Shown piece after piece: positions 30,587-40,109 of a stretch of 64,000 bases of DNA. The notes below the pieces were generated by a model. The model had not been told where the DNA came from and made no database searches. It saw nothing but the letters and a program-made list of their open reading frames with translations. Each line of letters starts with the position of its first letter. The stretch's first letter is position 1. Source of the DNA: Candidatus Anstonellales archaeon (GTDB lineage: Archaea > Micrarchaeota > Micrarchaeia > Anstonellales > J096); contig JAWACY010000002.1 in assembly GCA_038896535.1 (NCBI GenBank), positions 32,001 to 96,000 of the forward strand, given 5' to 3'. The position numbers were made by a program, and so were the translations under genes.

Positions 30587-31054
30587 TCACTCATAAATCC
30601 ATTTATCAATGTCTCTCTCATAATCAAAAAGCTCTTCTTTCTTAAAAAATCTTTTTAACTCCTTTTCAGCAGTCTCTTTACTATCACTAGCATGAATTAA
30701 ATTCCTGCCAGTATCAATAGCAAAATCCGCCCTTATTGTGCCTGGCTGTGCTTTTTGTGGATTTGTTGCACCTATTGTTAATCTTACAACCTCTATTGCA
30801 TTCGGGCCTTTAAAGGCAATTGCAATTATAGGCCCTGAAGTCATAAAATCTTCTATGCTCTTATAAAATGGTTTATCCAAGAGATGGGAATAATGCTCTT
30901 TTGTTAATTCTTTGCTCATTTTTGTCATTTTTATTGCAACTATTTTTAGGCCTTTCTGCTCAAGCCTTTTTATTATTTCGCCAACAAGGGCTCTATTTAA
31001 TGCATCTGGCTTTAATAAAACGACTGTTATTTCTTGCTTATCATCATGCTCCAT
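30587..31054 (-). CDS. ndk: Nucleoside diphosphate kinase
   Basis: KPDA, PGTIRADF, NLIHASDS. Confidence 0.97.
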   Translation of the reverse strand: MEHDDKQEITVVLLKPDALNRALVGEIIKRLEQKGLKIVAIKMTKMSKELTKEHYSHLLDKPFYKSIEDFMTSGPIIAIAFKGPNAIEVVRLTIGATNPQKAQPGTIRADFAIDTGRNLIHASDSKETAEKELKRFFKKEELFDYERDIDKWIYE

Positions 31055-31222
31055 AAAACCACCGATAATAATCTGATATTTAATAATATGATATTTTTTA
31101 CTTATTACTTGCTTTTTATTACTTTGCCTACACTTTTACCTATTTATTTCTTACCTTTCACAAACCTTTACTCTTGCCTTTTATTTACCCCCAGACATGC
31201 CTCTACTTTTTAATTTTTATAC

Positions 31223-31441
31223 TTATTTATTTTTATTATCATCGCTTTGGCCCTTTTTTAATTGCTGCTCTTTGAATATAACAAATGCCTTTGTCCATTT
31301 TAATTTTCTTCCTATCCTGCCAAGCTTCAGTGCATTTTTCTTGCATTTGCTTGAGCAAAATATCGCTGTTGAGCCGTCTGCTTTTACATACATAAATCCA
31401 GTTCCTTTTTTAACTTCATTACTGCAAAATGAACAAATCAT
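31223..31441 (-). CDS. rpl24e: 50S ribosomal protein L24e
   Basis: CSFC...GTG...FCSSKC...KWT. Confidence 0.95.
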   Translation of the reverse strand: MICSFCSNEVKKGTGFMYVKADGSTAIFCSSKCKKNALKLGRIGRKLKWTKAFVIFKEQQLKKGQSDDNKNK

Positions 31442-31495
31442 ATTAACACCCTTTTATATTAAATATAATTGCTGGCTTTAATAATTCAAGATTTA

Positions 31496-31705
31496 CTAAA
31501 GGCTTTTTATTTCTCTTGCTTCTCTTTCTGTTTCTCTCAATATGATAAGCATGCCTTTGTAAACAGGCCCCTTTATATTCCTTAAAATTACTCTTCCAGT
31601 ATCTTTTCCTTCAAGTACTTTAACAAGGCATTGGTGTATCTCTCCATAAACGCCTGTCTTGCCTTTTACTTCCATTATCTCTGCTAAATATGCTTCATCA
31701 GCCAT
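31496..31705 (-). CDS. rps28e: 30S ribosomal protein S28e
   Basis: [24 protein letters not shown]. Confidence 0.96.
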   Translation of the reverse strand: MADEAYLAEIMEVKGKTGVYGEIHQCLVKVLEGKDTGRVILRNIKGPVYKGMLIILRETEREAREIKSL

Positions 31706-31719
31706 ATTATATCAACCCT

Positions 31720-32094
31720 TTATTTCTTTATTGTTTGCAAAACTTTAAGCACAGCAGTTAATTCATCATTTGCTTTTCCAGCATCAACAATTGCTATTGA
31801 TGAAGTCGGAACATTTAGCCCTATTGCCTTGCCAAGCTCTTCTTTGCTATTAACATAGCCATACTTTATTCCCTTTTCTTCTGCTATTTTTGGCAGATGC
31901 ATAACAATTTCTGGGGGGTTTACATCTTCTGCTATAATGACTAATTTTGCCTGCCCCCTCTCTATTGCTTTTGTCACTTCATTTACACCCTTTTTTATCA
32001 ATCCGCCTTCTTTTTTTGCATTTGTCGCTAAATCTAAAAGCTTCCTCTTCAAATCATCGGGCAAATCAAATTTTATATATGGTTGCTTTGCCAT
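31720..32094 (-). CDS. rpl7ae: 50S ribosomal protein L7Ae
   Basis: IKKGVNEVTKAIERG, IAEDVNPPEIVMHLP. Confidence 0.97.
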   Translation of the reverse strand: MAKQPYIKFDLPDDLKRKLLDLATNAKKEGGLIKKGVNEVTKAIERGQAKLVIIAEDVNPPEIVMHLPKIAEEKGIKYGYVNSKEELGKAIGLNVPTSSIAIVDAGKANDELTAVLKVLQTIKK

Positions 32095-32161
32095 TTTTCC
32101 ACCTCATTCATTAAAATCATTTCATTGGTTATTATGCTATTTAATAGAAGGTTTTAAAATA

Positions 32162-32539
32162 CTATGTAAATGTGCAAGTTGCTGAATCCCATGTTTTGCC
32201 TATTAATACTCCTAATATATAAGGAACAATTATTATCAGCAAAATTCCTATAACAGCCCCTGAAAGCATGCTCTGACTCCACACAGTTGCTCTTGCTCTT
32301 AATTCGGCTCCTAAAAATTGTCCTGCTGTATATGCTATGCTTGATAAAACAATCATAACGCTTGCTAATGTGCCTACAACATCAAACAAGAAAGTACAAA
32401 AACCTTGTAAAGTTTGTTGAAGCTGGCTTTGGGCAATATAAATATTAATAAAAAAGAAAAAGAGAAAAAACAAATTTATTACTGCATTTAATCGCATCAT
32501 ATCAGCCATATAAAAAAAGATTTCAACAAGCAGTTTCAA
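32162..32539 (-). CDS. TrbC/VirB2-like pilin
   Basis: Signal peptide plus two TM segments with AGQFLGAELRARATVW loop; paralogue of neighbour. Confidence 0.65.
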   Translation of the reverse strand: MKLLVEIFFYMADMMRLNAVINLFFLFFFFINIYIAQSQLQQTLQGFCTFLFDVVGTLASVMIVLSSIAYTAGQFLGAELRARATVWSQSMLSGAVIGILLIIIVPYILGVLIGKTWDSATCTFT

Positions 32540-32894
32540 TGTTTATTTCCGGCACAAGCTGTTTGAATATAAATGGGGTTATAACATAAATTATTATGCC
32601 TATTGCTGCAAAAATCACTATGTTCAATGCCCAGCTCTTTGCTCTTGCTCCAAATTCTTGGCCAAGCACATGCCCTGCTCCATATATTACTGCTGCTAAT
32701 ACAATAGCAAGTATTATCAATGGGGCTAAAACGCTTTTTAGCAAATCTACTAATGCACATAATGCACTTTTTATTCTTTCTCCAGCCTCTTCTCCTGTAA
32801 CTTGGGCAAATAACAAATAGGAGAAAACTGCTAAGCAAAGAAAAACTGCTATTCCCTTCCTTAACATTCCTAGCATTAAATCACCAAAAAACAT
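32523..32894 (-). CDS. TrbC/VirB2-like pilin
   Basis: Signal peptide (..LFAQ), two TM segments with AGHVLGQEFGARAKSW loop. Confidence 0.65.
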   Translation of the reverse strand: MFFGDLMLGMLRKGIAVFLCLAVFSYLLFAQVTGEEAGERIKSALCALVDLLKSVLAPLIILAIVLAAVIYGAGHVLGQEFGARAKSWALNIVIFAAIGIIIYVITPFIFKQLVPEINIETAC

Positions 32895-32920
32895 TTATCA
32901 ATAATATTTAAAAATATTAA

Positions 32921-33640
32921 CTAATTTAACTCAGCATCAGCACAAGAGTTTAAAAAATGCTTAAAATAAATATCTGTTTCTGCAATTGATATGATTAAAT
33001 TAGCAAGCAAACTATAATATTTATCTACATTTTTATTCTCCATCATATCATATATTACTGCATGTGATAAAAAGATATTTTTCATTTTTCCATTCCAAGT
33101 TAATACTTTATAAACCAACTCTGCTTTTTTTCTTTCTTCTGTGCTAAAATTGGAGATAAAGGCAAAAGCCCTTCTTTTATCATTAATGTATCTAAGCCAG
33201 TTAGATGCAAAATTTTCATCTTCCATTTCTTTTTTTATTGCATATAAATCAAATGCTTTTGTACTGCCACATATGGCATAAAAAGAAATGCCTTCAGTAA
33301 TTACTAACAATAATGTCTTTAATAAGCCAATAAAAATACTTTCATTGTTGCTAAAGCCTAACTTAATGAATTCAATGCCTTGGGGTGTTAATGAAAATAA
33401 AATATTTGAAAGGCAAGCAATCTTTGTGCATGCAGTGATTTTTTCAATCTCAAGCGAGATGAATAATTCCTTCAACTCTCTCTTTTTATTTTCTGATAGA
33501 TTTTTATAAGCAACATTTGTGAATTTCCTATTAATTAAAACCATTCTTTTTATAATTTTTCTTTTTTCCATATAATTTTTTAATCTCCTGAATTTTTCTG
33601 CCATATAGAATTTAATGCCCATTTTATCATAGCACTCCAT
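32921..33640 (-). CDS. Hypothetical membrane protein
   Basis: 239-aa ORF with hydrophobic middle; paralogous to 33627..34261. Confidence 0.65.
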   Translation of the reverse strand: MECYDKMGIKFYMAEKFRRLKNYMEKRKIIKRMVLINRKFTNVAYKNLSENKKRELKELFISLEIEKITACTKIACLSNILFSLTPQGIEFIKLGFSNNESIFIGLLKTLLLVITEGISFYAICGSTKAFDLYAIKKEMEDENFASNWLRYINDKRRAFAFISNFSTEERKKAELVYKVLTWNGKMKNIFLSHAVIYDMMENKNVDKYYSLLANLIISIAETDIYFKHFLNSCADAELN

Positions 33641-34261
33641 TATAATTTTCTATCACTTCTTCAAACTCATTTAACCTGCCAGTTCTCAAAATTTTCTTCA
33701 TTATCAATTCTGCGAGTAGATAATCACTAAATTTTCCTGTTTTTGTGATCATATTATAGAGCATTTCAATTTTTTCTATTTCTGCCCCTCTATCTTTAAA
33801 CTTGTTCGGACTTTTAAAATCTAGCAGAATGCTTGCTTTTCTCATCTCATAAGTTTTAAAATATAAATATCATCAAAAATACGATCTAAAAATTTTGCAT
33901 TGCGTAAAATCACATAAATGCCGGAGGCAAACAAAAAAGGCAATGCTAGCATGCTAAAAAAGCAAGCATTACTTTCAAAGCACATGCTATTTGCTGGTTT
34001 TAGCAATTTTTTAATAAATGGAAAAAATAATGTATATTCAAAAAAAGAGATATTTAACAGGAGAGAGAATTTTTTTAATTCATGGGATGCTATTCTAATC
34101 CTGTATTCCCTTATATCATCTTTTGAAAGATGGCTTAATAAAACTCTTCTGAATACTTTTCTTTTTTCCATCCTATGCTTATGATCCATATTATTATGAT
34201 CTTCATTTACATATAATCTAAATTTCCCGACATTTCTGACAGCAGATCTATGCCATAGCAT
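33627..34261 (-). pseudogene. Paralogue of 32921..33640 split into two ORFs by a 5-bp duplication
   Basis: ATGAG ATGAG at 33841-33850; removing one copy fuses 33842..34261 and 33627..33845 in frame. Confidence 0.55.
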
Positions 34262-34363
34262 ATTAAAATAATGTTCAGTAAAATTTAAAAAGCATCATTT
34301 AACTTTTCTTTTAACAATTAATTTAATTTACTCCTTTATTTTCTATTATTTTCTTTTTATCTT

Positions 34364-35065
34364 CTATTTTTTCCTTTTCTGTACTTTTATTTCCCTCACT
34401 TCATTTTCGCTGCTTTTTTCATTATCCTGCTTATCCTGTTTTGCTTGTTTAAAAAATCTTCCGCCATCTTTTGTTATTACAAAAATGTCTATCCCATCTC
34501 CACTTGCACTATCTCTATTCATCGCTGCATTAACTGCTTTTACTCCTATATTTATTGCCTCATCTACTTTTATCCCATCTTTATATAAAGAATCCAGCAC
34601 ACCAAAGGCTATAAGGCTTCCAGAACCAGAGCTTGCTATCCTTTCTTCTGTGACCCCCCCTATTAAATCTATGCTGTATAAATATGGTTTATTTTCTTCA
34701 TAATCATAACCAGCAAGCAAATTCATGACCCAAAAAGGATAATATCTATAACTAGATAAAATATTTGCTAACAATACTGCTGCTGATTTTGGACTCATTG
34801 GTTTTTCTTGCTCTCTCTCATATCTTTGCACTTCTATTGATAGCCATCTCCCTATAAGCTGGTTATCTCCAACTGCTCCTGAAAGTGTTATTGCTAAATG
34901 CTTTGCAAATGGTATGATTTTTGTTATTTCCTTGCTTAAAATATAATTTGACATTGTAACCCTTTTATCAGCAAGTAAAACAACGCCATCAGATGCTTTT
35001 ATGCCAACTGTTGTTGTGCCTGTTGTAAACTTTCTTAAATCCTTTTCATTTTCTATGCTTTGCAT
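34364..35065 (-). CDS. psmB: Proteasome beta subunit
   Basis: Propeptide then TG/TTTVGI, ADKRVT, GSGS, RDSASGDG; GGTGG SD before ATG 35065. Confidence 0.95.
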   Translation of the reverse strand: MQSIENEKDLRKFTTGTTTVGIKASDGVVLLADKRVTMSNYILSKEITKIIPFAKHLAITLSGAVGDNQLIGRWLSIEVQRYEREQEKPMSPKSAAVLLANILSSYRYYPFWVMNLLAGYDYEENKPYLYSIDLIGGVTEERIASSGSGSLIAFGVLDSLYKDGIKVDEAINIGVKAVNAAMNRDSASGDGIDIFVITKDGGRFFKQAKQDKQDNEKSSENEVREIKVQKRKK

Positions 35066-35153
35066 TTTACCACCAAAACAATATGATAGCAAAATATTTA
35101 AAATCTTTTTATAAAACATCTTTTTATAGGATTAAATGAAATCTTTTATAGGA

Positions 35154-35593
35154 TTACATGAAATTGCTGATCATGCTGTCTATATAATGTTTTGCCTTTT
35201 CAATGACTCTCTTGCTGTTCTTATATGTTAATCTTTTTCTTGCTTGCTCATAATCAAGCCATTCATAGCCTATATGCTCATTAGATAATTTAACATCTTC
35301 CTCATCAACAAAGCATAAAAAAACAAGACCTCCTTATAAATAGTTTCATTATCCATATAACGTGCTTTAAAATAGTATTTTATTTTTTGTTTAAATCCAT
35401 CTATTACATTAACTTTTTTAATCCCTGTTTCTTCTTCAAGCTCTCTTAAAGCAGCTTGCTCAGGGCTTTCATCTTTCTCTATATGCCCCTTTGGAAAGTC
35501 CCAATGCCCCTCTTCATAATGTAAAATTAAGAACTTCTTATTATTTGGATTATATACTACAAAACCAGCAGATTTTTCTTTTCTCATACCCAT
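35154..35593 (-). pseudogene. NUDIX (Ap4A hydrolase-like) gene frameshifted at a T7 run
   Basis: Nudix box GHIEKDESPEQAALRELEEETG; C-terminus VKLSNEHIGYEWLDYEQA lies in the -1 frame after 35317-35323. Confidence 0.8.
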
Positions 35594-35612
35594 TCATTTT
35601 ATTTCTTTCCAT

Positions 35613-35765
35613 TTATTTCTTTGCCTTTAGCCTTTTGTTCTTTTGCCTCATATATCTTGATCCACATTTTCTGCATCTCTTTGCATTTTTGCTATTCCTA
35701 GTTTTGCATCTTAAACATATTAATGTATCATTTATCAGTTTTTCTGCTTCCGGGAATTTTGCCAT
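35613..35765 (-). CDS. rpl40e: 50S ribosomal protein L40e
   Basis: MAKFPEA..ICLRCKTRN...CRKCGS; GGTGG SD. Confidence 0.95.
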   Translation of the reverse strand: MAKFPEAEKLINDTLICLRCKTRNSKNAKRCRKCGSRYMRQKNKRLKAKK

Positions 35766-35796
35766 CTTACCACCACATAAATATTTATACAAAGTA

Positions 35797-37308
35797 TTAA
35801 AAAACAACCCTCTTTATCATAGCCCTTCCATCTGATGTTGCATTTATGCCAAGCTTTAACAAAATGCTTTCCTCCTCATTTGATAACATATGCGTTGTAT
35901 GCATTTCTGCCCCATTTAAATTATTTAGCATAGCCATCATTTTCTTTGCTTTTTTATTTTTCTCAGAGCTTATTGATAATAATATAAGCATTTCTTTTAT
36001 TGTCAAATGTGGGTCTTTATCTTTATATACAATGCTCCTTAGCTCCTTTACCCTTTCTATTGCATTCTGCCATAAAACATGCTCTTCTTCTTTTATATTC
36101 GCTATGTATTTAAGTGCTTTTATTAGAACAGATGCTTCTGCATGCATATTTTTTCCATCCTTTGCTGATATTATTTTGCCATTTATGTATAAAGCACAGC
36201 CAACATGGCTGCCTTTTGCTATTTTCCTGGCTTCATAAACTATCGGCCTTTCCTTTTTTATTGAGAGCTTATGCTTATTTATTATTTCCTTTGCTCTCTT
36301 ATATGCTTCATAACTCGAACTACCTTTCAGAAAATCGACATAATACCTAAATGCCCTTCTTATAATTTCTTGTTTTGCTGCTTTTTCACAAAGCCTTATA
36401 TCAGTTATGGCATCTTTAATTGTATTTATCCCCATATCTGTTGGTGATTTATAATTATGCATGAAATTATCTTTACTTATCAATCTTTTTATCAATATTT
36501 TAAGAAGCCCAAATGTTTCAACATCCCTATTGTAGTTAACTGCTTTTATGCCATAAGCCTTTAAATGGTAGGGGTCTATTACATTATAATCCCCTATGTC
36601 AGCTGTTGCTGCTTCATATGCTATGTTTATTGGACTGTTTATGCTTATATTCCATACAGGAAATGTCTCAAATTTCGCATAGCCAGAATCAATGCCTTTT
36701 AAGTAATCTTGGTATATCATTGCAAGGCATGTTGCCATCTTCCCAGAATTTGGGCCAGCTCCAGTAACAATAACTATGTCTGCATTTGTTTTTATGAAAG
36801 GCTTTTTTGCAAATCCCTTTTCTGATGTTATTGCCTTTATATTTTTTGGGTAACCATCTATATAATTCATAAAATAAACATTCATGCCCTTTTCCTTCAT
36901 AAGCTGTGAAAATGCAATTGCCTTTTTTTGCTTGTTGAAAAAGTTTATTACGCACGTATTTATTTTAAATCCAAGATTCCTTATTTCAGATATCATTTTT
37001 AATGTAAAGTCATTATAAGTCATGTTAAGGCTTCCGAGCTTTTCTTCTTTCTCTATATAATCAGCATTAACGCACAAAAGAAACTCTATATTTTTCAATT
37101 TTGCTAATTTTTTCACGGTTTTCATTTTTGCATTTATCTCATAACCTGGCAAGACTCTTGCTGCATGATAATCATACATCAGCTTGCCTCCAAATTCTAA
37201 ATAGAGCTTCTTAAATCTTGATGCTCTTTTTATAATTTCGCTTGATTGTAAATTAGTATAATAGTTGCAATCAAAACCTATTTTGCCATCATATCTTAAT
37301 ATGGTCAT
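35797..37308 (-). CDS. DUF1846 / UPF0371 family protein
   Basis: KLYLEFGGKL.DYHAARVLPG, SGKMATCL, GYAKFETFPVWN, VNYNRDVE, YKSPTDMG. Confidence 0.9.
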   Translation of the reverse strand: MTILRYDGKIGFDCNYYTNLQSSEIIKRASRFKKLYLEFGGKLMYDYHAARVLPGYEINAKMKTVKKLAKLKNIEFLLCVNADYIEKEEKLGSLNMTYNDFTLKMISEIRNLGFKINTCVINFFNKQKKAIAFSQLMKEKGMNVYFMNYIDGYPKNIKAITSEKGFAKKPFIKTNADIVIVTGAGPNSGKMATCLAMIYQDYLKGIDSGYAKFETFPVWNISINSPINIAYEAATADIGDYNVIDPYHLKAYGIKAVNYNRDVETFGLLKILIKRLISKDNFMHNYKSPTDMGINTIKDAITDIRLCEKAAKQEIIRRAFRYYVDFLKGSSSYEAYKRAKEIINKHKLSIKKERPIVYEARKIAKGSHVGCALYINGKIISAKDGKNMHAEASVLIKALKYIANIKEEEHVLWQNAIERVKELRSIVYKDKDPHLTIKEMLILLSISSEKNKKAKKMMAMLNNLNGAEMHTTHMLSNEEESILLKLGINATSDGRAMIKRVVF

Positions 37309-37358
37309 AAATGCATATTAACATAGCAATATAAAAATATTTTGCAAGTAATTAGAGC

Positions 37359-37823
37359 ATGAATGTAATTGGGAAAATAAAGAAGAGAAAAGATGCTAGC
37401 TATGTTATCAATAGCTCTGGCGATATAATAGAGGAGAGGGTAATAGTAAAAATTGTTGGGAAAATAAAAAGAAAAGAAGGAAAAGAATATGTAATTCAAA
37501 AAAATGGAGATATAGTTGAAAAAGATGTAATGAATTTAACGTTTGATGAATATAATAAGCTAAAAGCTTCTGGAAAGCTTGCTGAAGAGATAAAAAAAGG
37601 AAAAATAATAAAAATTGTTTATGAAGATTTGCCTATCTCAGCATTGCAAAAGATTGAGGAGCATTATATTAAAGAGCAGATATTGGGAGCAACAATATTG
37701 GGGACTGAAATTATAAATAATAGTGATGGAACAAGAGAGATGAGGATAAAATTGGACAATAAGAAAACAATAGTATTAAGAGAGGGCCTGCTTGTGCAAG
37801 GCAGTGTTATTGAAATAGAATAA
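37359..37823 (+). CDS. Hypothetical protein with internal ~30-aa repeat
   Basis: VIGKIKKRKDASYVINSSGDIIE / IVGKIKRKEGKEYVIQKNGDIVE. Confidence 0.7.
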   Translation: MNVIGKIKKRKDASYVINSSGDIIEERVIVKIVGKIKRKEGKEYVIQKNGDIVEKDVMNLTFDEYNKLKASGKLAEEIKKGKIIKIVYEDLPISALQKIEEHYIKEQILGATILGTEIINNSDGTREMRIKLDNKKTIVLREGLLVQGSVIEIE

Positions 37824-37859
37824 GGCTATTTTTATTGTTTTATTTAATGTTGTGATAAC

Positions 37860-38318
37860 ATGTTTATGAAAAAATATTTCATATTAACATTGCTTGCATT
37901 ATTAGCGTATTTCCTTGTTGGCTGCATAAATGGCATAAACGGGAATGTTAATGATATAAACAATAGCAAAAATAATAGCAAAGTAGAAAATGTATTTAAT
38001 AAAACATTATTAAAAACGACAGAAGAAAATGAATACAAAATCTTAATATATTTGAAAGGTGAAAATCTTTCTATATATGTCTCAACTGAAAAGCCAACAC
38101 TTGGTTATAGCTTAAAGATAGATAATTACAATATATCAGATAATTCAATAATCCTTCATTTAACAATAAAAAAACCTGGACAAAGCTGCTTTGTTGGGCA
38201 GGCAATAACAGAAATAAAAGATAGCATAAATATAAAAATGCCAAAACCAATATCAGAATCTGAATTTAATAACTTAGAAATAATAATAAATGATAATACA
38301 TATGTATATGAGTGTTAA
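37860..38318 (+). CDS. Lipoprotein with PrcB C-terminal-like domain
   Basis: LVGC lipobox; EKPTLGYSL and GQAIT motifs. Confidence 0.65.
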   Translation: MFMKKYFILTLLALLAYFLVGCINGINGNVNDINNSKNNSKVENVFNKTLLKTTEENEYKILIYLKGENLSIYVSTEKPTLGYSLKIDNYNISDNSIILHLTIKKPGQSCFVGQAITEIKDSINIKMPKPISESEFNNLEIIINDNTYVYEC

Positions 38319-39565
38319 TCCTTTTTCCCTGCCCCTTTTTTCTCTGTTCTCATTTTCTCTATAGCACTTTTTATATCATCCTTTTTTGGTTTTATTGAGC
38401 CACTCTCTATTAATTTATATATCTTTTCTATTTCATCACTGCTTGCCCCTAAAGATAATGCAATTGTTCTTGCATGCAGTTTCATATGCCCCTTTTGAAT
38501 TCCAGATGTAGCTAAAGCAAGCGTTGCTGCAAAATTGTTTGCAATTCCAACACAAGCAATGATCATAGCCAATTCATTAGCGCTTTTTGGTTTTGTTATT
38601 TCCATAGATGCTTTTGAATGATTTAATATATTTACCAAGCCCCCTTTTATGCCGACAGCAATTGGAATTTCAGCATTGGCCTTTATTCCTTTTTCATGCT
38701 CAACAAAATCAACTAATGGAAGCATGTTTTTTATGCTATAACTATGCAAGCATGCTTCCAATGCTCTGAAGTCTTGGCCAAAAGCAATTGCTACAGCATC
38801 AGCGCCATTCATAAATCCTTTATTATTTGTTACAAGCCTGAATATGTCATGCTTTGCTAGCTCAAATGCATCAAGAAATGCCTGCTTTTCTTCCTCATTT
38901 AAATTAAATACTGCATTGGCCTTTATTTTTCTATAAATTGCATAATTACTCAATATCCTCAATATAGCCTTTCCATTTGCTGTTTTTTCTAGTTCAGGGG
39001 CAAGTGCTTCTGCTGTGCTGTTTATTATATTTGCCCCCATTGCATCAGCAGTATTTACAAGAAATTTAAAAATAACAAATTCTCCTCTGCTGCATATAAG
39101 TTTTTCTGTAAAAAAACCCTCCCAATGGCCACCATATTTTTCAAGCTCTTTTGTTAATTCTCTGCCCATCTCATTTATTTCTCTTTTATGCTCGTTTATT
39201 TTCTCAATGCTTTTATCTGCATTTTCAACTTTTAATTGTATCATTCCAACCATATCATTGCCAAGTGCTTCTGCTGAGAAACCGTTTGGCAAAGCCAATT
39301 TGCATGCCTTATTTGCTGCTGCTATAACAGATGGCTCTTCTATAGCCATTGGAATAACATAATCATTCCCATTCATCCTCAAATTAGTCAATAGGCCTAA
39401 TGGCAAGCTTGCTATGCCAACAGCATTCTCTACTATTTTATCTGCTTGCTCTATTGATATTGGATTGGTAATATTATTTAATACATCAATGCCATACAAT
39501 GCTTTTATTATTTCATGCCTTTCTTTTATGCTTTTTTTATAAAACTTATCAAATTTTTCCATCAT
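38315..39565 (-). CDS. mvaA: HMG-CoA reductase, class II
   Basis: IVENAVG, PMAIEEPSVIAAA, DAMGANIIN, ILSN, GQDFRA, GIQKGHMKLH. Confidence 0.93.
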   Translation of the reverse strand: MMEKFDKFYKKSIKERHEIIKALYGIDVLNNITNPISIEQADKIVENAVGIASLPLGLLTNLRMNGNDYVIPMAIEEPSVIAAANKACKLALPNGFSAEALGNDMVGMIQLKVENADKSIEKINEHKREINEMGRELTKELEKYGGHWEGFFTEKLICSRGEFVIFKFLVNTADAMGANIINSTAEALAPELEKTANGKAILRILSNYAIYRKIKANAVFNLNEEEKQAFLDAFELAKHDIFRLVTNNKGFMNGADAVAIAFGQDFRALEACLHSYSIKNMLPLVDFVEHEKGIKANAEIPIAVGIKGGLVNILNHSKASMEITKPKSANELAMIIACVGIANNFAATLALATSGIQKGHMKLHARTIALSLGASSDEIEKIYKLIESGSIKPKKDDIKSAIEKMRTEKKGAGKKD

Positions 39566-39598
39566 AATAAAACCTTTTTATGTTTTTATATACCTTGT

Positions 39599-40069
39599 TT
39601 AATGTTTAATGCCAACTTGCAAACTGTTTATTGGCTCTTCCATTGAATGCATTATGATATCAAACCGCTCTTTGTAAATTCTTGATAATATATTGTATAA
39701 ATTCTTTTCAACGCCGTCGCCCATAATGTAAGCATTATTTATCTTTTTCACTATTCCTTTTTCTTTCAGCCTTTTTACATGATAATAGATAGTTTTTATA
39801 CTCATATTATGTATTTTATCCGCCCTTTGTTTTATATCAGATATTGTTAATGGAATGCCTGCATTAAGGCCTTGTATAAGGGCATATAAAACAGCAACCA
39901 TGCCTAATCTGCTCTCGCCTTCATTGATAAGGCCCAAACAAAGTGCAAGCCATTCTAACTTTTTTTCTTCATTTACTCTGTAATCCATATTGAATGGTAT
40001 TTTTTTCAATATAAGCTCCATATCAGCCCTTTGATTAATGCCTTTTTTAATGCCTGCCATTAAATGCAT
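39599..40069 (-). CDS. Winged-HTH transcriptional regulator
   Basis: SIKTIYYHVKRLKEKGIV. Confidence 0.75.
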   Translation of the reverse strand: MHLMAGIKKGINQRADMELILKKIPFNMDYRVNEEKKLEWLALCLGLINEGESRLGMVAVLYALIQGLNAGIPLTISDIKQRADKIHNMSIKTIYYHVKRLKEKGIVKKINNAYIMGDGVEKNLYNILSRIYKERFDIIMHSMEEPINSLQVGIKH

Positions 40070-40109
40070 ATGGCATTATTTTTTTAAAGAATGCCTAATA
40101 AATGCTTTT

